From Eledone cirrhosa (lineage: Eukaryota), in assembly GCA_964016885.1 (NCBI GenBank), contig OZ024750.1, positions 38,874,001-38,938,000 of the forward strand: a DNA stretch of 64,000 bases, given 5' to 3'. Below are positions 1-10,600 of this stretch, piece after piece; position 1 is the first letter of the stretch; the number at the start of each line of letters is the position of its first letter. Below the pieces are notes generated by a model. That model saw only the letters and a list, made by a program, of their open reading frames with translations, was not told the DNA's origin and ran no database searches. A program made the position numbers and the translations under genes.

Positions 1-424
1 AAAGTACTTTCTACAGCGATACTTACTATTGTGTAGGTAAAGTACTTTCTACAGCGATACTTACTATTGTGTAGGTAAAGTACTTTCTACAGCGATACTT
101 ACTATTGTGTAGGTAAAGTACTTTCTACAGCGATACTTACTATTGTGTAGGTAAAGTACTTTCTACAGCGATACTTACTATTGTGTGGGTAAAGTACTTT
201 CTACAGAGGTACTTACTATTGTGTGGGTAAAGTACTTTCTACAGAGGTACTTACTATTGTGTGGGTAAAGTACTTTCTACAGAGATACTTACTATTGTGT
301 GGGTAAAGTACTTTCTACAGCGATACTTACTATTGTGTGGGTAAAGTACTTTCTACAGAGATACTTACTATTGTGTAGGTAAAGTACTTTCTACAGCGAT
401 ACTTACTATTGTGTGGGTAAAGTA
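1..424. repeat. 38-bp tandem repeat (minisatellite/satellite end), 11 full copies, truncated by the window start
   Basis: Unit AAAGTACTTTCTACAG(C/A)G(A/G)TACTTACTATTGTGT(A/G)GGT starts at 1, 39, 77 ... 381, with a partial AAAGTA at 419-424. Only three variable positions are seen. Confidence 0.97.
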
Positions 425-846
425 AATTAAAAATAAATCCAGATATCAGATGTTGCCTGACTTTGAGACAAAATCCATCAGTCTTTTAAAACAACCACTG
501 ACAATAAGTTTGTTGTCATTGTTTGCTGGCTCGCCTTACTCAAGTATATTAGGTGAGGGTGCTTGGCTATTCTAGCAGCTTAGCCTCGCTATCACTGGTG
601 ACGTTGCATTCACTGCTGTATAATTGAGTGGGCCTGTCTTTTCCTGTTTTATTTTATTTTCTTTCATTTTTTTCCTGTTCAATTCCTATTGAGTTGTTTC
701 TTTTGTAAATCATATCCTTATATAAATTGTGAAGGTTTTTTTTATAAAAATAAAATACATCTTTTAATTGGTATTTCATTCTGAATTCATCACAGCAAGT
801 ATAGTCACAAAAGATTTATATTTTGTTAATATTTTGTTGTTCATAT

Positions 847-987
847 TTGATGTGAGACCGTATGTTGAAACTAAAACAATAATTATGTAGTAGAAAAGTC
901 ATTTTACCATAGTTGTACATGTCTGATGACTTGATCTGTGACCGTGTGGTGAAACTAATACAATCGTGGAGCAGTCATTTTAGCCAT
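847..987. repeat. Degenerate two-copy direct repeat (~60 bp, offset 84)
   Basis: 847-910 TTGATGTGAGACCGTATGTTGAAACTAAAACAAT...AGTCATTTTACCAT vs 931-987 TTGATCTGTGACCGTGTGGTGAAACTAATACAAT...AGTCATTTTAGCCAT. Confidence 0.7.
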
Positions 988-1023
988 TAAAAAAAAAAAA
1001 ATCATAAAAACTGTTAAATTCAC

Positions 1024-1287
1024 TTTATATTTATTTCCTGCTGTCAAAATTTTCGTCGGCTCTGGTTACTGATACAGTCCCACAAAGCTTCAAAAGAAAA
1101 ACAGGTTTTCCAGAGAGGAAGAGGTTTGGAAATATAACCAAACTAAAATCATTTCTTTCTCGTTTTCACCTGACTTCTAATTTAGATAATGAACACAAGC
1201 AATAGTTGTATAGTTGTTTACGTTTATCATTTGTTTCCCGGTGTCAAATTTTTCGTCGCACTGTTTGCGACCTGGTCACTGACTCAG
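1024..1287. repeat. Degenerate two-copy direct repeat (~55-65 bp, offset 200)
   Basis: TGTCAAAATTTTCGTCG (1042-1058) vs TGTCAAATTTTTCGTCG (1242-1258), flanked by TTTAT..TT.TTTCC and CTGGT(T/C)ACTGA..CAG in both copies. Confidence 0.7.
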
Positions 1288-1583
1288 GTATCTGATATTT
1301 AATAGGTTCGTTTCTATTTTTTAACAGACAACTTCTTGCCTAAGATCTCAATAGACCTTGTACATGCTTCCATAAAAGTCTACCTTTGTGAAGAGACAGA
1401 AAGAAATTCTTTTATCGTTCGTTAGAAACAAGTTACGTATGCATAAATTATATTTTAATGTTATTAAAATTTCTTTGTGTATCTTCAATTAATTTTTCTT
1501 CCTTGTCAATACCCACTGAAACGTACATGTTATAACATTTTCATATTTGCTTCTTCTTAAACCAGTTTTTTAAACTCTTTTTC

Positions 1584-1591
<8 letters not shown>

Positions 1592-1640
<49 letters not shown>
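1592..1640. repeat. (TA)n microsatellite, ~24 units
   Basis: Perfect TA run read directly; it explains the YIYIYI ORF at 1587-1778. Confidence 0.98.
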
Positions 1641-1646
<6 letters not shown>

Positions 1647-1683
1647 TAGATTAAAATGGATTAGAATTTTTTCTTCTTTTCGT

Positions 1684-1895
1684 GTTACTATTTTAGTAAA
1701 TAAAATACTTTGTGGTATTAATTTCAGCTCTTTACGTTCTAAGTTGAAATCAAGCCATGGGTCATATTTAACTTTCAACCTCCCGGGGTCGATACAATGA
1801 AGTACCAGTCATATAGTGAGGTGGGGGACGATTTAATTGACCCTGCTCTCCATCATTACTGGCTTTCAGACTAAATTTAAAATAATTATTATTTT
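1684..1895 (+). mobile_element. Decayed tRNA-derived SINE remnant, resembling abundant octopus SINEs
   Basis: B-box-like GTTGAAATC (1743-1751) after TCTTTACGTTCT, central CTTTCAACCTCCCGGGGTCGATACAATGAAGTACCAGT (1772-1809), then GGGGACGATTTAATTGAC and an (ATT)n-like tail at ~1883-1893. The order matches my recollection of the octopus SINE consensus (...CTTTCATCCTTTCGGGGTCGATAAAATAAGTACCAGT...GGGGTCGATGTAATCGAC...ATTATT). Not database-verified; boundaries approximate. Confidence 0.7.
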
Positions 1896-2429
1896 TAATA
1901 AATGTTTTGTTTGTTTTGTTTTTTTAATCATAAAATATATTCGATATATTTTATATAACTAAAATATAAAAAAATCTCTTCTAAAATTAAATATTCAGAA
2001 ATATGCAATTCGTTTTGTGAAAAATTTTCTTTCATTTTCTTTTCGTTTCTTTTTGTTTTTTGTCGAAAATATTTTTTCATCGGAAAAGAAGAAAATGGTG
2101 ACGTTTGAGACGAAGACAACAATAAATATATATTACTTAAAAGATTTTTGTATTATTTTTTTTTATTATTCGTCTCCCATATTTCTGTCGTTGGAAGATG
2201 TTATCAATAAATATTATACCGTGAAAAGAGAGAAAGAATAAAAAATAATCAAGCCAAAATATTATCTCGTATAGTAAGAGATCTCACACACACATCTCCG
2301 CCATGCCACGTTGTTCTAGTTTCCGTGTATCTTTCACGGAATTTCGTATTTCGTTATCATCGTGCTTTTACATTTCTGCTTCCTTTTCTTTGTTTTTTTT
2401 AGTCTTTTGATTTTTTTCTTCTATATTTG

Positions 2430-2574
2430 TATCGATAAACAGTTTTTATGGACACTAGTCATGTGTGAATTAGTAAAATAGAGAATTATATATGATCGCT
2501 TGTTTCACAGGCGGACATGACATCGCCATATTGGATATAAAATATTGTACCGAAAGATGACGTCATTGCGTCAT
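2430..2574. promoter_or_regulatory. Cluster of Pol II promoter-like motifs in a CpG-enriched segment adjoining the satellite (putative)
   Basis: TATCGATA (DRE-like) 2430-2437; CGCCATATT (YY1 consensus CGCCATNTT) 2524-2532; ATTGG (reverse CCAAT) 2530-2534; TATAAAA 2536-2542; perfect CRE palindrome ATGACGTCAT 2557-2566; TTGCGTCAT 2566-2574. Motif matches only. Confidence 0.35.
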
Positions 2575-4649
2575 ATGATCTTACTCTGATTTGTCATTGC
2601 TCGGTGCTGTCTATTATTGTTGTTAACTATTACCTGGGTACCTCTACGGTGACAGTGCTTCTTGTTAACTATTACCTGGGTACCTCTACGGTGACAGTGG
2701 TTCTTGTTAACTATTACCTGGGTACCTCTACGGTGACAGTGCTTCTTGTTAACTATTACCTGGGTACCTCTACGGTGACAGTGCTTCTTGTTAACTATTA
2801 CCTGGGTACCTCTACGGTGACAGTGCTTCTTGTTAACTATTACCTGGGTACCTCTACGGTGACAGTGCTTCTTGTTAACTATTACCTGGGTACCTCTACG
2901 GTGACAGTGCTTCTTGTTAACTATTACCTGGGTACCTCTACGGTGACAGTGCTTCTTGTTAACTATTACCTGGGTACCTCTACGGTGACAGTGGTTCTTG
3001 TTAACTATTACCTGGGTACCTCTACGGTGACAGTGCTTCTTGTTAACTATTACCTGGATACCTCTACGGTGACAGTGGTTCTTGTTAACTATTACCTGGG
3101 TACCTCTACGGTGACAGTGCTTCTTGTTAACTATTACCTGGGTACCTCTACGGTGACAGTGGTTCTTGTTAACTATTACCTGGGTACCTCTACGGTGACA
3201 GTGGTTCTTGTTAACTATTACCTGGGTACCTCTACGGTGACAGCGCTTCTTGTTAACTATTACCTGGGTACCTCTACAGTGACAGTGGTTCTTGTTAACT
3301 ATTACCTGGGTACCTCTACGGTGACAGTGGTTCTTGTTAACTATTACCTGGGTACCTCTACGGTGACAGTGGTTCTTGTTAACTATTACCTGGGTACCTC
3401 TACGGTGATAGTGGTTCTTGTTAACTATTACCTGGGTACCTCTACGGTGACAGTGGTTCTTGTTAACTATTACCTGGGTACCTCTACGGTGACAGCGCTT
3501 CTTGTTAACTATTACCTGGGTACCTCTACAGTGACAGTGGTTCTTGTTAACTATTACCTGGGTACCTCTACGGTGACAGTGGTTCTTGTTAACTATTACC
3601 TGGGTACCTCTACGGTGACAGTGCTTGTTAACTATTACCTGGGTACCTCTACGGTGAGAGTGCTTCTTGTTAACTATTACCTGGGTACCTCTACGGTGAC
3701 AGTGGTTCTTGTTAACTATTACCTGGGTACCTCTACGGTGACAGTGGTTCTTGTTAACTATTACCTGGGTACCTCTACGGTGACAGTGGTTCTTGTTACC
3801 TATTACCTGGGTATATCTACAGTGACAGTGCTTCTTGTTAACTATTACCTGGGTACCTCTACGGTGACAGTGCTTGTTAACTATTACCTGGGTACCTCTA
3901 CGGTGACTGCTTCTTGTTAACTATTACCTGAGTATATCTACGGTGACAGTGCTTCTTGTTAACTATTACCTGGGTACCTCTACGGTGACAGTGCTTCTTG
4001 TTAACTATTACCTGGGTACCTCTACGGTGACAGTGCTTCTTGTTAACTATTACCTGGGTACCTCTACGGTGACAGTGGTTCTTGTTAACTATTACCTGGG
4101 TACCTCTACGGTGACTGCTTCTTGTTAACTATTACCTGGGTACCTCTACGGTGACAGTGGTTCTTGTTAACTATTACCTGGGTACATCTACGGTGACAGT
4201 GCTTCTTGTTAACTATTACCTGGGTACCTCTACGGTGACAGTGGTTCTTGTTAACTATTACCTGGGTACCTCTACGATGATAGTGGTTCTTGTTAACTAT
4301 TACCTGGGTACCTCTACGGTGACAGTGGTTCTTGTTAACTATTACCTGGGTACCTCTACGGTGACTGCTTCTTGTTAACTATTACCTGAGTATATCTACG
4401 GTGACAGTGCTTCTTGTTAACTATTACCTGGGTACCTCTACGGTGACTGCTTCTTGTTAACTATTACCTGGATACCTCTACGGTGACAGTGCTTCTTGTT
4501 AACTATTACCTGGGTACCTCTACGGTGACAGTGGTTCTTGTTAACTATTACCTGGGTACTTCTACGATGAGAGTGGTTCTTGTTAACTATTACCTGGGTA
4601 CCTCTACGGTGACAGTGCTTCTTGTTAACTATTACCTGGGTACCTCTAC

Positions 4650-7600
4650 GGTGACAGTGCTTCTTGTTAACTATTACCTGGGTACCTCTACGGTGACAGT
4701 AGTTCTTGTTAACTATTACCTGGGTACCTCTACGATGACTGCTTCTTGTTAACTATTACCTGGGTACCTCTACGGTGACAGTGCTTCTTGTTAACTATTA
4801 CCTGGGTACTTCTACGATGACAGTGGTTCTTGTTAACTATTACCTGGGTACCTCTACGGTGACTGCTTCTTGTTAACTATTACCTGGGTACCTCTACGGT
4901 GACAGTGGTTCTTGTTAACTATTACCTGGGTACCTCTACGGTGACAGTGCTTCTTGTTAACTATTACCTGGGTACTTCTACGGTGACAGTGCTTCTTGTT
5001 AACTATTACCTGGGTACTTCTACGATGATAGTGGTTCTTGTTAACTATTACCTGGGTACCTCTACGGTGACAGTGGTTCTTGTTAACTATTACCTGGGTA
5101 CTTCTACGATGACAGTGGTTCTTGTTAACTATTACCTGGGTACTTCTACGATGACAGTGGTTCTTGTTAACTATTACCTGGGTACTTCTACGATGACAGT
5201 GGTTCTTGTTAACTATTACCTGAATACCTCTACGGTGACAGTGGTTCTTGTTAACTATTACCTGGATACCTCTACGGTGACAGTGGTTCTTGTTAACTAT
5301 TACCTGGGTACCTCTACGGTGACAGTGGTTCTTGTTAACTATTACCTGGGTACCTCTACGGTGACAGTGCTTCTTGTTAACTATTACCTGGGTACCCCTA
5401 CAGTGACAGTGGTTCTTGTTAATTATTACCTGGGTACCTCTACAGTGACAGTGGTTCTTGTTAACTATTACCTGGGTACCTCTACAGTGACAGTGGTTCT
5501 TGTTAACTATTACCTGGGTACCTCTACAGTGACAGTGGTTCTTGTTAACTATTACCTGGGTACCTCTACAGTGACAGTGGTTCTTGTTAACTATTACCTG
5601 GGTACCTCTACGGTGACAGTGGTTCTTGTTAATTATTACCTGGGTACCTCTACGGTGACAGTGGTTCTTGTTAACTATTACCTGGGTACCTCTACGGTGA
5701 CAGTGCTTCTTGTTAACTGTTACCTGGGTACCTCTACAGTGACAGTGGTTCTTGTTAACTATTACCTGGGTACCTCTACAGTGACAGTGGTTCTTGTTAA
5801 CTATTACCTGGGTACCTCTACAGTGACAGTGGTTCTTGTTAACTATTACCTGGGTACCTCTACAGTGACAGTGGTTCTTGTTAACTATTACCTGGGTACC
5901 TCTACAGTGACAGTGGTTCTTGTTAACTATTACCTGGGTACCTCTACGGTGACAGTGGTTCTTGTTAACTATTACCTGGGTACCTCTACGGTGACAGTGC
6001 TTCTTGTTAACTATTACCTGGGTACCTCTACAGTGACAGTGGTTCTTGTTAACTATTACCTGGGTACCTCTACGGTGACAGTGCTTCTTGTTAACTATTA
6101 CCTGGGTACCTCTACAGTGACAGTGGTTCTTGTTAACTATTACCTGGGTACCTCTACGGTGACAGTGCTTCTTGTTAACTATTACCTGGGTACCTCTACG
6201 GTGACAGTGGTTCTTGTTAACTATTACCTGGGTACCTCTACGGTGACAGTGCTTCTTGTTAACTATTACCTGGGTACCTCTTCAGTGACAGTGGTTCTTG
6301 TTAACTATTACCTGGGTACCTCTACGGTGACAGTGCTTCTTGTTAACTATTACCTGGGTACCTCTACGGTGACAGTGGTTCTTGTTAACTAATACCTGGG
6401 TACCTCTACGGTAACAGTGCTTCTTGTTAACTATTACCTGGGTACCTCTACAGTGACAGTGGTTCTTGTTAACTATTACCTGGGTACCTCTACAGTGACA
6501 GTGGTTCTTGTTAACTATTACCTGGGTACCTCTACGGTGACAGTGGTTCTTGTTAACTATTACCTGGGTACCTCTACGGTGACAGTGCTTCTTGTTAACT
6601 ATTAACTGGGTACCTCTACGGTGACAGTGGTTCTTGTTAACTATTACCTGGGTACCTCTACGGTGACAGTGGTTCTTGTTAACTATTACCTGGGTACCTC
6701 TACGGTGACAGTGCTTCTTGTTAACTATTACCTGGGTACCTCTACAGTGACAGTGGTTCTTGTTAACTATTACCTGGGTACCTCTACGGTGACAGTGGTT
6801 CTTGTTAACTATTACCTGGGTACCTCTACGGTGACAGTGGTTCTTGTTAACTATTACCTGGGTACCTCTACGGTGACAGTGGTTCTTGTTAACTATTACC
6901 TGGGTACCTCTACGGTGACAGTGCTTCTTGTTAACTATTACCTGGGTACCCCTACAGTGACAGTGGTTCTTGTTAATTATTACCTGGGTACCTCTACAGT
7001 GACAGTGGTTCTTGTTAACTATTACCTGGGTACCTCTACAGTGACAGTGGTTCTTGTTAACTATTACCTGGGTACCTCTACAGTGACAGTGGTTCTTGTT
7101 AACTATTACCTGGGTACCTCTACAGTGACAGTGGTTCTTGTTAACTATTACCTGGGTACCTCTACGGTGACAGTGGTTCTTGTTAACTATTACCTGGGTA
7201 CCTCTACGGTGACAGTGGTTCTTGTTAACTATTACCTGGGTACCTCTACGGTGACAGTGCTTCTTGTTAACTGTTACCTGGGTACCTCTACAGTGACAGT
7301 GGTTCTTGTTAACTATTACCTGGGTACCTCTACAGTGACAGTGGTTCTTGTTAACTATTACCTGGGTACCTCTACAGTGACAGTGGTTCTTGTTAACTAT
7401 TACCTGGGTACCTCTACAGTGACAGTGGTTCTTGTTAACTATTACCTGGGTACCTCTACAGTGACAGTGGTTCTTGTTAACTATTACCTGGGTACCTCTA
7501 CGGTGACAGTGGTTCTTGTTAACTATTACCTGGGTACCTCTACGGTGACAGTGCTTCTTGTTAACTATTACCTGGGTACCTCTACAGTGACAGTGGTTCT

Positions 7601-10600
7601 TGTTAACTATTACCTGGGTACCTCTACGGTGACAGTGGTTCTTGTTAACTATTACCTGGGTACCTCTACGGTGACAGTGCTTCTTGTTAACTATTACCTG
7701 GGTACCTCTACGGTGACAGTAGTTCTTGTTAACTATTACCTGGGTACCTCTACGATGACTGCTTCTTGTTAACTATTACCTGGGTACCTCTACGGTGACA
7801 GTGCTTCTTGTTAACTATTACCTGGGTACTTCTACGATGACAGTGGTTCTTGTTAACTATTACCTGGGTACCTCTACGGTGACTGCTTCTTGTTAACTAT
7901 TACCTGGGTACCTCTACGGTGACAGTGGTTCTTGTTAACTATTACCTGGGTACCTCTACGGTGACAGTGCTTCTTGTTAACTATTACCTGGGTACTTCTA
8001 CGGTGACAGTGCTTCTTGTTAACTATTACCTGGGTACTTCTACGATGATAGTGGTTCTTGTTAACTATTACCTGGGTACCTCTACGGTGACAGTGGTTCT
8101 TGTTAACTATTACCTGGGTACTTCTACGATGACAGTGGTTCTTGTTAACTATTACCTGGGTACTTCTACGATGACAGTGGTTCTTGTTAACTATTACCTG
8201 GGTACTTCTACGATGACAGTGGTTCTTGTTAACTATTACCTGAATACCTCTACGGTGACAGTGGTTCTTGTTAACTATTACCTGGATACCTCTACGGTGA
8301 CAGTGGTTCTTGTTAACTATTACCTGGGTACCTCTACGGTGACAGTGGTTCTTGTTAACTATTACCTGGGTACCTCTACGGTGACAGTGCTTCTTGTTAA
8401 CTATTACCTGGGTACCCCTACAGTGACAGTGGTTCTTGTTAACTATTACCTGGGTACCTCTACGGTGACAGTGGTTCTTGTTAACTATTACCTGGGTACC
8501 TCTACGGTGACAGTGCTTCTTGTTAACTATTAACTGGGTACCTCTACGGTGACAGTGGTTCTTGTTAACTATTACCTGGGTACCTCTACGGTGACAGTGG
8601 TTCTTGTTAACTATTACCTGGGTACCTCTACGGTGACAGTGCTTCTTGTTAACTATTACCTGGGTACCTCTACAGTGACAGTGGTTCTTGTTAACTATTA
8701 CCTGGGTACCTCTACGGTGACAGTGGTTCTTGTTAACTATTACCTGGGTACCTCTACGGTGACAGTGGTTCTTGTTAACTATTACCTGGGTACCTCTACG
8801 GTGACAGTGGTTCTTGTTAACTATTACCTGGGTACCTCTACGGTGACAGTGCTTCTTGTTAACTATTACCTGGGTACCCCTACAGTGACAGTGGTTCTTG
8901 TTAATTATTACCTGGGTACCTCTACAGTGACAGTGGTTCTTGTTAACTATTACCTGGGTACCTCTACAGTGACAGTGGTTCTTGTTAACTATTACCTGGG
9001 TACCTCTACAGTGACAGTGGTTCTTGTTAACTATTACCTGGGTACCTCTACAGTGACAGTGGTTCTTGTTAACTACTACCTGGGTACCTCTACGGTGACA
9101 GTGGTTCTTGTTAACTATTACCTGGGTACCTCTACGGTGACAGTGGTTCTTGTTAACTATTACCTGGGTACCTCTACGGTGACAGTGCTTCTTGTTAACT
9201 GTTACCTGGGTACCTCTACAGTGACAGTGGTTCTTGTTAACTATTACCTGGGTACCTCTACAGTGACAGTGGTTCTTGTTAACTATTACCTGGGTACCTC
9301 TACAGTGACAGTGGTTCTTGTTAACTATTACCTGGGTACCTCTACAGTGACAGTGGTTCTTGTTAACTATTACCTGGGTACCTCTACAGTGACAGTGGTT
9401 CTTGTTAACTATTACCTGGGTACCTCTACGGTGACAGTGGTTCTTGTTAACTATTACCTGGGTACCTCTACGGTGACAGTGCTTCTTGTTAACTATTACC
9501 TGGGTACCTCTACAGTGACAGTGGTTCTTGTTAACTATTACCTGGGTACCTCTACGGTGACAGTGGTTCTTGTTAACTATTACCTGGGTACCTCTACGGT
9601 GACAGTGCTTCTTGTTAACTATTACCTGGGTACCTCTACGGTGACAGTAGTTCTTGTTAACTATTACCTGGGTACCTCTACGATGACTGCTTCTTGTTAA
9701 CTATTACCTGGGTACCTCTACGGTGACAGTGCTTCTTGTTAACTATTACCTGGGTACTTCTACGATGACAGTGGTTCTTGTTAACTATTACCTGGGTACC
9801 TCTACGGTGACTGCTTCTTGTTAACTATTACCTGGGTACCTCTACGGTGACAGTGGTTCTTGTTAACTATTACCTGGGTACCTCTACGGTGACAGTGCTT
9901 CTTGTTAACTATTACCTGGGTACTTCTACGGTGACAGTGCTTCTTGTTAACTATTACCTGGGTACTTCTACGATGATAGTGGTTCTTGTTAACTATTACC
10001 TGGGTACCTCTACGGTGACAGTGGTTCTTGTTAACTATTACCTGGGTACTTCTACGATGACAGTGGTTCTTGTTAACTATTACCTGGGTACTTCTACGAT
10101 GACAGTGGTTCTTGTTAACTATTACCTGGGTACTTCTACGATGACAGTGGTTCTTGTTAACTATTACCTGAATACCTCTACGGTGACAGTGGTTCTTGTT
10201 AACTATTACCTGGATACCTCTACGGTGACAGTGGTTCTTGTTAACTATTACCTGGGTACCTCTACGGTGACAGTGGTTCTTGTTAACTATTACCTGGGTA
10301 CCTCTACGGTGACAGTGCTTCTTGTTAACTATTACCTGGGTACCCCTACAGTGACAGTGGTTCTTGTTAATTATTACCTGGGTACCTCTACAGTGACAGT
10401 GGTTCTTGTTAACTATTACCTGGGTACCTCTACAGTGACAGTGGTTCTTGTTAACTATTACCTGGGTACCTCTACAGTGACAGTGGTTCTTGTTAACTAT
10501 TACCTGGGTACCTCTACAGTGACAGTGGTTCTTGTTAACTATTACCTGGGTACCTCTACGGTGACAGTGGTTCTTGTTAACTATTACCTGGGTACCTCTA

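Noticed and set aside
1-424. 38-bp palindromic repeat as a CRISPR array
   Set aside because: Units are contiguous with no unique spacers, there are no cas genes, and the context is eukaryotic.
490-645. Slightly GC-richer stretch with a small TGACAA...TTGTCA inverted repeat as possible exon or RNA gene
   Set aside because: No sustained ORF, convincing splice pair or recognisable RNA fold by eye.
1587-2241. Short ORFs 1587-1778 (-), 1928-2122 (-), 2017-2241 (+)
   Set aside because: Low-complexity translations of AT-rich DNA and a TA microsatellite (F/I/Y/K-rich), overlapping each other or the SINE; no recognisable domain.
2270-2305. Possible first coding exon or splice donors (minus-strand ATGGCGGAG...GTGAGA; plus-strand GTAAGA)
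   Set aside because: Too short to distinguish from chance without transcript data; no partner exon visible in the window.
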